A stretch of 64,000 nucleotides of DNA from the human T2T-CHM13v2.0 reference genome, Homo sapiens. The notes beneath the pieces were generated by a model that saw only the letters and a list, made by a program, of their open reading frames with translations, did no database searches and had not been told where the DNA came from. Made by a program: the position numbers and the translations under genes. Below are positions 17,521 to 32,187 of this stretch, one piece after another; positions within the stretch are counted from its first letter, which is position 1, and each line of letters starts with the position of its first letter. Where the stretch lies: the NCBI RefSeq assembly GCF_009914755.1, contig NC_060926.1. One strand, given 5' to 3'.

Positions 17521-19934
17521 CAGGGTACAAGGCCTTCATGATCTAGCCTGTTACTTCTCTGACCTCATGCCCTACTACTTTTTCTTACAAAGTAGGGCTT
17601 CCCCCTGATGGTGTCACCACCTCAGAGACCCATGGAGCTAATTATCTCGTGACCTTTAAGCCTTTGCTCAAAAGTCGCCTTCTCAGTAAGCTCTGTTCTG
17701 ACCACTTTACTGAATTGTAGCCCACAGTCTGCTTTGTGTTTTTCCATAGCACGTATCCACATCTAACATAGGAAACAGTTTATTTTTATGTTTGTTGTCT
17801 GTAACATAAGCTCTTGCAGAGCTCAGATTTCTGTCTGTTTTTCCTCTGTTGTATCACCAGCACCTTGAATAGTGTCTGGCACATAGTAGGCAAACAATAA
17901 ATATTTGTGGAATAATGGACAGATTCTTGAGAGAATGGCAAACTGTTTTTTAATAAACATAATTTTTTTGTGTGCATCAGATCTTCCGCATGCCTCCAAG
18001 AGGGGCATGATATGGTTTGTTTTGGGGTCTTCCAAGGTATTTAGTTTGGGAATTGGTTTGTTGTAGACACTCAGAATACACCAAAAAGAATTACAAAGTG
18101 GGGTCTGGGGCAGGGAGGCATGAAGACTTTTTCATTTTATCAGTTTAGACTGGATTCCAGAAACAAAGTTAAGGAGAGTTTGAGGCAGTTTCATAATCAG
18201 TGTAATTCAGGATCCAGGCTAGGTTGACAAGGCAATGGAAGAGTGCCTGTATTCTTATTCAGAGTTGGGGTATCACTATATTGCTTCTTGAAATTACCCC
18301 CTCCAGGTCTTTAGCCCTGAAGGCTCTTTGTTCTTGTCTCATAGAGGAAACTAGGGAAGAGAATATCTAATCACTCAGTGCATTGTCAGTGCAGATGATG
18401 AGAAATATCCTGTATATTCTAGCCTGTGCTCCTGCTTCCGCAAGAATTTTTCTCCCTCTGAGTAAATGATTTGAAGAGTGAGGATTTAGAAGACCAGGTA
18501 TTATTTTTTTTAGAAAAATAAGGTTTTGTTATAAAAATAAATGAAATCTATATTTTATCATTTCAATTCAGGCCCTAAGCATACACAGTAGTTACCTTTC
18601 ATAAAACGTTCTTGCAATAATGCTATTGCACTGGGCTTTGTAATGAAGCTTTGATTTGCATCGCTATTCTGAGAACTTTCTGACAATGGTAAGGTAATAT
18701 TAGGAAGGCAGAGGAAATGAAATGAAATGAGGGTAATGTATGTCCATTGTGAAAAATGTTAAGTTGCCAAGGCAATGTCATATCAATAATATTTTCATAA
18801 ATTAAATTAAGATACATGGGGCAAATAAATATTGCATTTCTCTTTATTATCACTTCAAATATGTGAGGGCAACTATTAGGATTAAAACCAGAAATTAGAC
18901 ATAAAGCATCTCAGCTGAAATGAGAGATGTGCTATTCGTTGGTTCAACCTGATGTGCTCTCAAGATTCTTGTCACGTTTGTTTCAGTCTTTCAATCTCTC
19001 CCCCTCAGTATACTCTAGCAGTCCCTCTGCTGTCCTCCTCTCTCATACTCTGTTTCTTGAGACAGAATTTCTGTTGAGAATTAGTAGGAGAGTCAGTATA
19101 ATTCCATTAAGCATCACTTTCATACTCCACAACCAACCTTCTAGTTTTAAATTCTGTTCTTTTAAATCAAGCTGGTTTTCCTATCTTTTTCTCTCCTGCT
19201 TCCTCCCTGTCTCATCCCCTCCCTTCCTAATTCACCACCTCACTCCCTTGCCCTGTCTTCCTCCCCTTTGCTCCCTCTTCTCCTCTCTAGTATACACACA
19301 CACACATATACACACAGAGAGAAAGTATACACACATGTACACAAAAAGTATATACACACATATATACAGCAAGAGAAAATAATATAAGTGTGAAGTATGG
19401 ATTTAATCCAAAGTTTGTTACACTGGGAAAGTGAGGATGAAGAAAGCTGAAGGTGGTTGGTATGAAAGAATTTGAGTCCTCATTTTCCATTATTAGGAAG
19501 ACAAAATATGATGTCCCAAATTGAGAAATAAGTATTAAAAGGGCACAAGTTTTCTATTTAAAAATAGAGAGGTCAGCACCAGAAGAAACAACCAAAAGAA
19601 TTGTGAATAATTGTCTAGAGACTAGAAATTAGAACTGTGGCTACTCTTTTCTCATCAAGCCTTTCAGATAGTACTGAACTTCTTAAGGTTTGTATACTTT
19701 TATTGATAAAATTTAAAAAATTTGACAAAAAGGAATGGATTAAGAGATGCAAGGCAAACAGAAAGAGTATTGATATTTATATGGTGAAGGTAATGTAGGT
19801 TTAAAAATACAAAGTATAAAAAAGCAGAATGTTAGCTAATAAAAGGTAAAATTAATAACCCCCACCAAAAATAAAAAACAACAACTTAATGATTTTGATC
19901 TTGTGTGTGTCAAAAAACATATCATGTTTTAAAA

Positions 19935-22140
19935 TTATTGTCTTTTATTACAGTAATTTTGGGGGTACAGGTGGTTTTTGATTACATAGATAAGTCCTTT
20001 AATGGTGATTTTTGAAATTTTAGCACAACCATCACTTGAGCAGTGTACACTGCACTCAATGTGTAGTCTGTTGTCTCTCACCCTCCTCCTAACTTCCCCG
20101 CACTGAGTCCCCGAAGTTCATTATATTAGTCTTAGGCCTTTGCATCGTCATAGCTTAGCTCCCATTTAGAAGTGAGAACATATGATATTTGGTTTTCCAT
20201 TCCTGAGTTACTTCACTTAGAATAATGCCCTCCAGCTCCATCCAAGTTGCTGCAAATGACATTATTTCATTCCTTTTTTATGGCTGAGTAGTATTCCACG
20301 GTGTATATATACCACATTGTTTTTATCCACTCATTGGTCAATGGACACTTTAGGTTGGTTCCGTATCTTTGCAGTTGCAAATTGTGCTGCTGTAAACGTG
20401 TGTATATGTGCCTTTTTCATGTAATGATTTATTTTCCTTTGGGTAGATACTAAGTAGTGAGATTGCTGGATTAAATGGTAGATCTACTTTTGTATCCTTA
20501 AGAAATCTCCATGCTATTTTCCATAGTTGTACTAATTTACATTTCCACCAGCAATGTAAAAGCATCCCCTTTTCACTATATCCACACCAACATCTATTGT
20601 TTTTTGACTTTTTAATAATGGCCATTCTTGCAGAAGTAAGGTGGAATCTCATAGTGGTTTTAATTTTTGCATTTCTCTGATGATTAGTGATGTTGGGCAT
20701 TTTTTCATATGTTTATTGGCTGTTTGTATATCTTTTTTTGAGAAATGTCTATTCATGTCCTTTGCCCACTTTTTGATGGGATTATTTGTTTTCTTCTTGC
20801 TGATTTGTCTGAGTTCCTTGTAGATTCTGCCTTCTACTCCTTTGTCAGATGCATAGTTTGCGAATATTTTCTCCAACTCCATGGGTTGTCTGTTTACTCT
20901 GCTGATTGTTTATTTTGCTGTGCAGAAGCTTTTTAGTTTTATTAGGTCCCACTTATTTATTTATTTATTTGTTACATTCGCTTTTGGGATCTTAGTTTTG
21001 AATTCTTTGTCTAAACCAATGTCCAGAAGCATTTTCCGACGTTATCTTCTAGAATTTTTATGGTTTTATGTCTTAGATTTAAGTATTTGATTCACCTAAT
21101 ATTGTTAGGCTTTGTGTTCTAACCCGAATCTCATCTTGAATTCTAATCCCCATAATCCCCACGTGTTGAGGGTGGGACCTGGTGATTGGATCATGGAGGC
21201 AGTTTCCCTCATGCTGTTCTCATGATAGTGAGTGAGTTCTTGTGAAATCTGATGGTTTTATAAGCATCTGGTATTTCCCCTGCTTGCTCTTCTCCTTCCT
21301 GCCACCTTGTGAAGAAAGTGCCTGCTTCCCCTTCACCTTCCACCGTGATTGTAAGTTTTCTGGGGCCTCACCAGCCATGCTGAACTGTGATTCAATTAAA
21401 CCTCTTTCCTTTATGTATTACCCAGTCTCAAGCAGTTCTTTATAGGAGTGTGAAAATGGACTAATACGCCATCTTGAGTTTATTTTTGGATAGGATGAGA
21501 GATGGCGATCCAGATTCATTCTTCTACATGTGGCTTGCCAGTTTTCCCAGTACCATTTATTGAATAGGGTGTCTTTTCCCCAATTTATGTTTTTGTATGC
21601 TTTACTGGCTGTGAGTTTTTGGCTTTATTTCTGGATTCTCTATTCTGTTCCACTGGTCTATGTGCCTGTTTTTATACCACTACCGTGCTGTTTTGGTGAG
21701 TATAGCCTTGTAGTGTAATTGGAAGTCAGATAATGACTTCAGATTTGGATGCCTCCAGATTTGTTCTTTTGACTTAGTATTGCTTCAGCTATGTGAGCTC
21801 TTTTTTGGTTCTATGTAACTTTTAGGGTTGTTTTTCTAGTTCTGTGAAGAATGATGCTGGCATTTTGATGGGAATTGCATTGAATCTGTAGATTGCTTTG
21901 GGCAGTATGATCTCATTTTTACCATATTGATTCTCTCATCCATGAACATGGGATGTTATTCCATTTGTTTCAACGAAATCTATGATTTTTTTTAGAAGTG
22001 TTTAATTGTTTTCCTTGTAGATATCTTTTACCTCCTTGGTTAAATACACTCCTGGGTATTTTATATTTTTGGAGCTGTTGCAAAAAAGATTGAGTTCCTG
22101 GTTTGATTCTCAGCTTGGTTGTTGTTGGTGTATAGCAGTA
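19935..22140 (-). mobile_element. L1PB (L1PB1-like) 3' portion
   Basis: L1PB 3'UTR (GGGGGTACAGGTGGTTTTTGATTACAT...) and degenerate ORF2 C-terminus (ORFs 20350-20700, 20649-20882). Confidence 0.88.
21097..21468 (+). mobile_element. THE1 (THE1D-like) solo LTR nested in the L1PB
   Basis: AATCTCATCTTGAATT...GATAGTGAGTGAGTTC...ATTAAACCTCTTTCC...GGACTAATAC; L1 sequence resumes on both sides. Confidence 0.9.
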
Positions 22141-23513
22141 TAGCACTTTATTTTTTTTGATACATGAGAAGAGCTTCAATAACAAAAACAAAAACTAAAA
22201 GAAGAGTGGAAGAAAGAGTGGTGCCTCTTTAAACCATTGCTGATCCTAGATTTTTTTTAAGGGATGAGATTTGGTTCCACATTTGGTGCATATCATAGTG
22301 TGTCAGGAAAAAATTTTCTTATCCAACTTGGGGCATGTTTTTCTGGAAGTTGAGCTTTAAATAATGCATAGTCGTGATAAAGGATTGCCACACTGTTTTA
22401 CAGGCACAAATAATCTTTTTTTTTTTTTTAATTGAAAGGAGTAGACTTTTCACTTAAAAACCAACTCTTCTAATAGGAAAGTTTTAGGCTTCCTTTAACA
22501 TAACTATTTTATTGAAGTGATGAATTTCCCTTCTGTACTTTCAAAACAAATTTGTTTGTTTTCCTTTAAATGGAAAAAAATGTGCCTTTCACTGCCCTCA
22601 ACAACGTTGACCTTTGACATTAATATAATACTTAAGAAATGTATTTTAGCCCAGTTCTTCCTTTCTGCCTTCCACTTGATTGCTCTACTATTAGATTTAT
22701 AATGCTGAACAATAAATGCAATTCAGCTTTATGTATCTCTAGACTAAATAAACTGAGAGATAAAACCGAGATAGAAAACCTAAGAATCTTTAAGTATAGA
22801 ACAGGGCAAAAAGTCTTTCTCTAGTAAATCAATTAAAGACTTGACAGGATAGATGTTAGGAGAAGTTAGAATATTTGTTTATGATAATATTCTACATACA
22901 TTATTTCATGTGATGGATATAACAGTCCTCATTTTAGAGATGACAATCTGTGTGTCAAAGAGGCTAAGTGATTTCCAAGATATTGCAGCTTCAGAGTAGC
23001 CTACACAGATAAGTTACAGTCAAAAATCAAGTACATGAGAAGAGTCTCAGAAATGAAAATTACCATCCAGGCTACACTGTGACTAATCATAATAAAATAG
23101 GAATTAAGAGGGAAAAATAAACTTTACAAATATTAAGTGAAATAAAAGATAGTGCCCGGCATGTAGTAAGGGTACAAATATTTGCTAAATGTATTTATAT
23201 GAAGCAAATTAAACAAATTTATGCAATACCTTATTTTTGTATTATATGATTAATTCTGCTTTGTAACTTTTTAAGGAAATTGAGACATTTGGGATATTTA
23301 TAGTAACTAAAATAACATAAAATTGGTATCATCTAAATATTTAACATTCTGAGCTGACTAGAGTTCGAAATGTTTTGTGAAAAATTCCAAGATATTTTCT
23401 AGAAAAAATTAATTGATATTGAGTCTTAGAGTATATTGAGTAGAGAAAAACATACCAAGAAAGTATGTTAATCACATTTCTGTTTAAAAATAGAATTTTA
23501 TAGTGTACACACC

Positions 23514-23810
23514 AGCCGGGCATGGTGGCTCATGCCTGTAATCCCAGCACTTTGGGAGGCAGAGGCGGGTGGATCACAAGGTCAGGAGATCGAGACCATC
23601 CTGGCTAACACAGTGAAACCCTGTCTCTACTAAAAATACAAAAAATTAGCCGGGCATGGTGGCGGGCGCCTGTAGTCCCAGCTTCTCGGGAGGCTGAGGC
23701 AGGAGAATGGCGTGAACCCGGGAGGCGGAGCTTTCAGTGAGCCGAGATTGCGCCACTGCACTCCAGCCTGGGCCACAGAGCGAGACTCCGTCTCAAAAAA
23801 AAAAAAAAAA
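23514..23810 (+). mobile_element. AluY
   Basis: AluY diagnostics (GAGATCGAGACCATCCTGGCTAAC, GAATGGCGTGAACCCGGG); TSD ATAGTGTACACACC(A) at 23500 and 23811. Confidence 0.96.
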
Positions 23811-25254
23811 ATAGTGTACACACCAACATATTAATAAGTTGTGCTTATGTTTTTAGTTATGGGTCATAGGTTATTGTAACATCTTTTTTGTTCCTTTTGG
23901 TTACCAGTACTTTGACTTTTCCTATGACAAGTACATATTATCTAAAAATTACCTGTTAAGTTTTTTAAAAAGTGATGGAAAGATGTGGAATTTGAATGTT
24001 GATCCTTAAGTTCAGATTAAATATGTTTCAGTATTTAGCCAGGCATTGTGCTAAACTCTTTACAATGGTATCTCACCTGTTCTTCACTTCAACCCATGAG
24101 GTAGATATTATTTGTTTTCATTTTATAGAGAAACAGAAAACTAAGGTGCTCTCTCTCATATTTGAAAGCTTGACTTTAGTGAACCAATATAGTAATATTT
24201 TTCCAAGCAGGCAATTTTAAACAACAATACTGTTAACAAGCTGAAAAGAAATACTGAGAGAGAGAAGGAGTGGAGAGAGTCGGGGGAGATCAGTTCCTTC
24301 ATTATACTTTTTTTTTGAAGTTAAGTAATTGATACATATTAATACAAATGTTTAATTTAAAATTTCCCACAGAAATACCAACATGTCCACAATATAGTCA
24401 AGCATGTCAGTTCACCAGCTGCTGCTTTTCCCTGTAGTCATCCCTCCTTGCAGCCTCTGTGCATGAACTCCTCTTTCAATCTGTGTTATTTGCCCTCAAG
24501 ATCTATGCACAGCTGCAATACTGAAAATTCCTTTTACCTTTCTCTTGGGCTGCGTTCTCTTTATTGAGATTTCATAGTTTCTCATTTCTGGTTTAGTCCC
24601 TCATTTTCATGAAGCTGACTTCTCAGTAGCTTTCTAAGAAAGATTACATGAGAGCAAACACTTTCTGAGACCTTTTATTTCTAAGAAATTTTTCACTCTA
24701 CCATCACACTTGATTTATAGTTTGGCTGCATATATAATTCTAGGCTAGAAATCTATTTGCTTCTGAATCTTGAATCGATTGCATTGCTATTTTCTAGCCC
24801 CCAGTATTGCTTTTGAGAAGTATGCTTCTATTCTCTTTTTACATTCCAGACATGGATTTTTTTTTCTCTGTGGAAACTTTTAGCATCCTCTATTTATCCC
24901 TAAAGTTCTGAAAATTCAGAGTGGTGTGCTTTATCAAGTCTATATATTTTCAGTGTGGTTATATATGATATTTTACCTTTGTCTTCAATATTTAATATCA
25001 GCACTTAAATCCTCTTCACATTGTCTGTTACTTCCAGATTTTTTCTACTGATTATTTTGGCCTTTTATTTTAAAGGGTTTCCTCATTTATCTGTTATCCT
25101 CAGCTGTATGTTTATATTTAAGAAGGATCCCCTTAAAAAGCTGATTGCGGCTCTCTGGTGTATGGGGTTTAGTGGTGGAAGGTATCCCCTAAGCTGGTAG
25201 CACCATTAGGCTAATTGGATAGAGATCCTGCCTATTCACTCTTGGCTGGTAGAT

Positions 25255-25762
25255 GTTGTTATCCACTGGCCGTGTATTGATTATCTGCAGATTATATATA
25301 ACTTAGCAGCTTAAAATGACAAACATTTATTACCTCATACAGATGATTACTGTCAGGAATGCAGGCATGGCTTAGCTTGGTGATTCTGGCTCGGGGTTTC
25401 CCAAGAGTCTGTAGCCAAGCTGTCATCTCAAGGATGGGTCAGAGGGCTCACTCCTCAGCTCACATGTGTGGGTGCTGGCAGTCCTAATTTCCTCAGGTTG
25501 TCAGTATGTCCCTAGGGCTGCTTGGGACATGGCAGCTGCATCCCCTCAGAACAAGTGACTCGAGAGAGAAATTAAGAGGGGCATGCTCTAAAGACAGAAG
25601 TGCAGTTTTATAACCTAATCTCAGAATGGACATACCAGTACTTCTTTCTGTCATATTTTATTCATCGCACAGACCAACCTTGGTGCACTGTAGGAAGGAA
25701 CTACATAGTGTAAATCCAGGCAGTGGGGCTTGCTAGGTGGCCGTCTTGGAGACAGGCTGCCA
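25255..25762 (-). mobile_element. MLT1F/G-like MaLR LTR
   Basis: AACTTAGCAGCTTAAAATGACAAACATTTATTACCTCA...GGCATGGCTTAGCT...GGCCGTCTTGGAG. Confidence 0.65.
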
Positions 25763-27594
25763 TGGACTTCTTTTCTCAATTATTTTCCGCAGAGAAAGAC
25801 TCCTCTCCATGTGCCTTACCTGAAGATTTAAGCCTGGGTGACAGTGTTTAGGGAACCTAGCTTGGAAATAAAGAAGGGGTCTCACCATTCAGTATTTGAC
25901 TCTTCCTTAGTTTTCTGGGTTTTTTTTTTTTACAACCATGCATCACACTCAGCCTCTGCAGTTATGCCTGGCATCATTTAGATCAGAATTGGTCAGCCTA
26001 CCCAGAAAATGCAACTCTGATTTGTACAAGGAGGAGAGAAGAGAATGGGCAGTCTCTGGAGCACAGACTGAGGAATGGAAATGGGCCAAGGCCTCGTTGG
26101 GCATTTTACAGGCTTTCTACCCATCCTCTTGCCATCAGCCCCACCCTGACCTTTTAAAGCAGCTGCTTTCCCCAATTCCTGAGCTTTCCTGGGTCCCTGC
26201 AACTTGGTTGGCCTCCCTACCTCTGTAGGATGTCAGGTCTCAGCTGTCTCTCTTCTGGAGAGAGAATTACCACTGATCCTGGTCCTTATGTTTTCACTTC
26301 CCATCTTCCAACATTTTGTTAACATCACTCATCTCCACTCATTTTCTCCTGGTTTTCTTCGTATTTGTGAGTTTTACCTATTTTACTATTTCACTGTCTT
26401 TGTGGTAGTTTTAGGATGGTTGAATTTCTGTATTTAGCCTGCCATTAAGTATATATTTCCATTTTTCTGCTTGTATAATTTCCAATACATATCCTGATAG
26501 ATAGTATTTCCTACAAAATTTACTTTTAGAGGAAAAATTCAAAATGTTAGCAGACTAATCAGCTTATCCTGCCCAAAGCTTTTGAGATGAGAATAGAATG
26601 GATTTTGCTTTCCATGACTCTTTTGATTTCTGGCTGCTTTAGAATGTAGATTTATAAGAAAAGAAGAGTAGGTGAAAATGGTCAGTAGTATACTGTCTAG
26701 GGAATGAGCTTAGAATTCTGAGGATTTTAGATTTCTCTTGGACTGTTGCTTAAAAGTACCACTCACAGCAAACACTTGATAGCTTAACGCATACAACCGC
26801 ATTAAAGAGATAGTGTTTTAACTGCACATATAACTTAACTATTTCTGTATTTATCTTCAGTTTTCAGTGTTTAAACCTGCCTGTTTCTTACATTGTTGGA
26901 ATCATGGAAAGAAAGCTATAAACAAGTTGGAAGTATTTATTACAATACCTCAAGGTGAAACCACTAAAGTCCTTCTGTGGGTAATTTATTATACTGCGAG
27001 ATCTCAGACACATGAGAAACTGTCCTGAACTCCCAAATGAAAGCACTTCCAAAATACAGCATTTCTAAAACGAGTAACCTTTAACTTATCTAGCATAAGC
27101 AGAAGAATAAGATATGTTTAAAGTTTTCATGTTTTTGCTGATAGACTTAAAATCTACGTAGCGTTTCCTAGATTCTGACTTTGACTTGCTCACACGCTGT
27201 CCCTACCCATGCAAGCTAGAATCTTTCCTCTCCCTTCTTGATTTCAACATGAGTTTAGAACCAAAGGAACTTTTACTTGGTCCGGTGACAGTTTCCCGTC
27301 TGAGACTTCCCCACGCAGGCACAGAGCCATGGCCCCTGGGCTGTTTTTATTTGCTCTAATTCAAATGCCAATTCTAATTTGCTTTCTACGGTGCTCTTTT
27401 GTTCGTCTGTCTTCTTCTAGTATTTATAATTGATAACTGTAGTTTAATTATTCAAAATCATTATTTTTAGATGTTTAAAATTGTTTTTTTTCCCCTTCAG
27501 ACTTGTATATAAATGTCATTATCTCCTGAGAAGTGGTATAATTTTCAGAAGCAGAGAATACATTATCTTCTCTTGTATCCAGTGGTGTAGTGTC

Positions 27595-27740
27595 TGTCGG
27601 GGTTCCCAACCTCTACACTATTGATGCTTTAGGCTGGCTGCACCTTTGTTGTGGAGGGGCTTTCCTGTACGTTGGGCGTTGTAGGGTGCTCAGCAGTGTC
27701 CTTGGCCTCTGTCATTGGATACTAATAACATGCCCACTTC
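27595..27740 (+). mobile_element. MER20 (hAT-Charlie) fragment
   Basis: CAACCTCTACACTATTGA...CTTTGTTGTGGAGGGGC...TTGTAGGGTGCTCAGCAGTGTCCTTGGCCTCT resembles MER20. Confidence 0.65.
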
Positions 27741-29105
27741 ACAAATTTAATCTTTCTGTAAGACTCAGAAATACATAGGAACAGAAACAAAAGCAAAAAA
27801 TCAGTATCGACTGCTTCTTGAGGGCTCACTGCCTGCTGTGAAGCAGCATCTGCAGGTCTGTGGTCAGCGCTGGAGGTTGAAAACCATTTTAAATGAGCAA
27901 CTGTGGCGGGTTCACAGGGTCAAAGGGCAGAGTTCCTGTTGGGATGTGGGAAAAGATGTGATCTCTACTATCTCAGTGGCAATTCCACAGCCAATGGAAG
28001 TAAGCAATGGAACAATTTAGACCATTTGAGAACCAAGGTGTCACCCTACTGTGAAATCTGCAGACAGAGAAGGCATTTCATCTGTATTTTTACCTTCAAT
28101 CCTTGTCTGTGTCTATAAGTTCACATTGCCGACAGCCCACCTGCCAGCTCTGCTACCAGAATTGCCTTGCTAACCAGCTTTACTCCTGGAATTTAGGAAA
28201 GTCTGAGAAAAGTCTTCATCTATTCATATTGGCATGCTGGTACTTAAATTCAATGAAAGTAAGAGTAGAACCATGTATTCAATAAAAATAAGAATAGCTT
28301 TATTTGCATGCTGTCACTAGTATCAACCTAACTTCTTATGTCCTTTTCAAGTAAGTCAGTGAAAACCAGAAATTTCCTGACAGCTGGCCTTGGACCGTGG
28401 CTGCTTTAACCTCTCTGCAGGGGCAAGTACATTTCTGTCATTCTGCATTTGTGATCCTGAGGTCTGACTGTCACATGTACAGTTATTGGCATCCACAGGG
28501 TAGAACTTCTTTCTTATCTATAGTTCCCAGGTACAGAGCAGGAAAGGAGAACTGCAGCCAAGGGGTGATATCTAATTCACAACTGGGATGCCCCAGTGTG
28601 TGTGCCGAGGAGAAGGTACCTGAGTAATGTTATTCATTAACATTTATTTCTGGGCTTTGGCCAATTGGTCTTCCTGTAGGGTTATTTGGCATGTTCTAAT
28701 AAAATGTGCCTATGATTGAGATTATCTTGGATTAAGAAAATAACTTATTCAACAAGTATTTATTGAGCATCTCTTCTGTGTTGAGCACTGTGCTAGAGAG
28801 TATAGCACAGAACAGGCCAGATACAGCTCTGGTGCAGCTTGTAGTCTAGTCTAGGAGAGGTAGAATTGAACACACATGTAACTGCAAACTTTGAGAAGTG
28901 CTACAAAGGCAAGAGTATTCAGGAAACCCAGTTTAATTAGAGTCAGAGAAGGTTTCTGTAAAGAAGTGAAATTTAAGCTGAGGACATTTAAGGCAGAAGG
29001 AATGTAACTGTCATAGGCCTGTACTGTAGGCTGCAAAGATCAACTTCTCCATGTCTCATGAATAGTTAATTATGTATATTTCTTATTTTAGCACCTCACA
29101 TTATG

Positions 29106-29556
29106 CAGTTGACTGTCGAACAATGTGAGAGTTAGGGTTACAGGGCCCACATACAGTTGAAAATCTGAGTATAACTTGCAACTCCCCAAAAAACTTAACT
29201 ACTAATACCTATTGTTGACCAGAAGCCTTACCAATAACATAAACAGTTGATTAACACCTATTTTGTATGTTATATGTATTATGTATACAATATGTATTTT
29301 TATGTATTCTTACAATAAAGTAAGCTAGAGGAAAGAAAAAATTATCAAGGAAATCATAAGGAAGACAAAATATATTTACTATTCATTAAATGGAAGTAGA
29401 TCAATATAAAGGTCTTCATCCTCATCATCTGCCTGTTGAGTAGATGGAGGAAGAGAAGGGGTTGGTCTTGCTCTCTCAGGGGTGGCAGAGGTGAAAGAAA
29501 ATCCATGTATAAGTGAACCTGCGCAGCTCGAACCTGTGTTGTTCAAGGGTCAACCA
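29106..29556 (+). mobile_element. Tigger2a/MER28-like non-autonomous TcMar element
   Basis: Terminal inverted repeats CAGTTGAC...GAACAA / TTGTTCAAGGGTCAACCA, TA target on the right, typical interior (CTTACAATAAAGTAAGCTAGAG). Confidence 0.85.
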
Positions 29557-32187
29557 TACTGACATGTTTACATGTATTTCTCCTTGGCAAGATGCAGACC
29601 GAGTTCCTAGAAGATAGGGATGATGTGTTATTCATATAGGTATAACCCAGTCTTGAGCTTCACAACAAACAGGTATTGGATGATAGTTGGGGAATTGAGT
29701 GAGTGAACTAATGAAATGAATGAATCAATGAATGAGTAAATTGGAGGATGTAATAAAGGTGGTTGACATCTGCTTTGTCCTCCGTATCCATACTTTCTTA
29801 CTCTAGATACTGAGAATCTCTTCTGTCAGTCATCTTGTGCAGTGGGGTTTCTTTCTTACTTAGTTTTGAACAATTGGCCCTATTTGACTTTGCATGCCCA
29901 GGCCTCAGCACCTTGCCTGGCACACAGCTGTTCAATGAGTTATGAGTGAATGAATGAAAGAATGGGTTTATTTTCCTGATCGTGAGCCTTATTATGTAAG
30001 CTTGCTTGCTGATGTCTGAAACCTGCAGCCTTGCCTGCCTACCTAGACCGTTTCTGCACTCCACCTGAGGCCACCACTCCCAACAGTTACACTGAAGTTG
30101 ATTTGCCTGGAAATGCAAAATGGGAAAAATTGGTTTTGTCTCTCCAAAATAAATCTCAAAACTGTCTCTTTGTCTGCCTAGGCCAAACCACTATCATCTC
30201 TGTCTAGCACTATGAGAATAATCTCTTCTTTCGTCTCTCTGCAATCTGTTTTCCACAAAGCAGCTTAAATTTATATTTTAAAATATAAAAGGCAAATATA
30301 AAATATAAATGTAGGATTTAAAGTATTCTCTAAGTCAGATTGTGGGACTTACCTGCTGGGAACTGTAATGGCCTCCTCTAGCACATAGAATGAAATGTAA
30401 ACCCTTCTGCACCTGCAAAACCTATCTTTTTTGACCCCGCCTACCTCTGTTGGCTCATTTTGTGCTCTTTTTCCCTTTGTTCTTCGTGCTCCAGCCACCC
30501 TGGCCTTCTTCACGTACCTTCACGTGTCTTTCACTTACCCAACTCTCATTCCCTTCATGAGGAACCTGCCCAGAGGAGACACTCAGGAACTCTTTGGACA
30601 CATTCATGGCTTTTTAGTCCACTGATTTTTAGATATGACTTTACCCATAGGATCATTTCTTTCCAAGGAAACGTTAAGCAGAACCTCAACACATAAAGCA
30701 AATGAAAGTAGGGGTACTCTGATTCCCATGGAAACGAGGATCCCAGGAACCTCCGGTCCTAAGGCTTCTTCTGAAAATATAGGTTTCCAGAGATGATGGT
30801 TTGCAAGGCATTGCTCAGGTCCAGTAGTGCCTGTCTGACTTCTGTGTTTACTTTGACTGGCCTCTTTGAACTTGGACCACTGTTCTTTTAGGCATTTAGA
30901 AATTCCTTCCTACTCAACTGAACTCCTGATTCTCAATTCTTAGCCTACTGTCTTGAATGGCCACACATTCTGCTCTTAAAATGTTAAAACAGTCTAGATG
31001 GGAAGATGGATGGATAAAAAAGTTAAATAAAACTTGTATATGGTTAACTTCCAGATAGTTCCTCTAAGCACCAAAAGAGTCCAGAGAAGCAAGAGTTTAA
31101 GGGTGGGGGCTACAGAGATACTGGAATAATCCATGGAAGTGTCTAGATTTGAGAAAGGTCTTTGAAAATAGTAGGAAATAGTGAGAAATGATGCAGATAG
31201 TCTACTATGCATTATGGTTTGACGAAAAACATAAAGGGAATGAGACAGTTTGGGTAATAGAGGGGCAGCCATATCAACAAAGCATGTGAAGGAGTGTCTG
31301 GCCTGTAGATATGTAATGTAAGGTCACAAATGCTTAGGGGAGTTGGACCAGTGCCATAACACAGAACATTATACCCTAACTAACAAATGTGAACATAGTA
31401 GTTACTGTTGCCATAAATATCATGTCCTCAGAAAAATATATAATTCAGTGAGCAAAAATTTATTTTAATTACATTCCAGCTCTTGCTTCTGAAGATCCAC
31501 CTGGTTATTTTGCTGAGCCTCAGTTGCCCCCCCATTCCTTTTCTGGTCGAGGACATGATGGCAGATGGCAAAACTCATCTATTATAGTTATTTCTTTACT
31601 GTTTACAGAGTAACCATTCCCTGACCTCAAATTCTGAGGTCATCGTATCAAAGCCTCCTATGCACTCATTGTTTTCTACTTCTGAGAACATCTGCCCAGC
31701 CTGGATGGCTCTCTTTTGTATAACATCCCAGCATTGTCTGGCTTTGCTCACTGGTCACAGCCAGGGTTCTCATGCTCATCTAGTCCTTCCCTCACCTTCA
31801 CCCATGTCAATGACTTGCTTAATTACTTAATTTCTGCTTAATTTTTTGATAGCCTGAATGAAATGGTCCTATCCTCTTCCTGAATCATCCTATGTAGGTG
31901 CTCTCCAAATCCTGGCCTTGTCACTGGGTGACTGGCAGAAAGATAGGACCATTGACAGAACAGTGAGGTCAAGGGGGAGCTGACAAGAGGGAAAAGATAA
32001 GTTAATTTACAACACAATTAGTATAAGCAGAGGTGATGTTTAGGTGGTTACAGATAAGGAACTAGAACTCTAGTTTGAAAATCTGTGTTTTTAAATAACA
32101 CTGGAAGATAAAGTTCATTCCTCAGGTATTCATTCCTTAAATGTAAACATATGCTGTTGCCAGGCACTGTGCTAAACACTGTGAGTA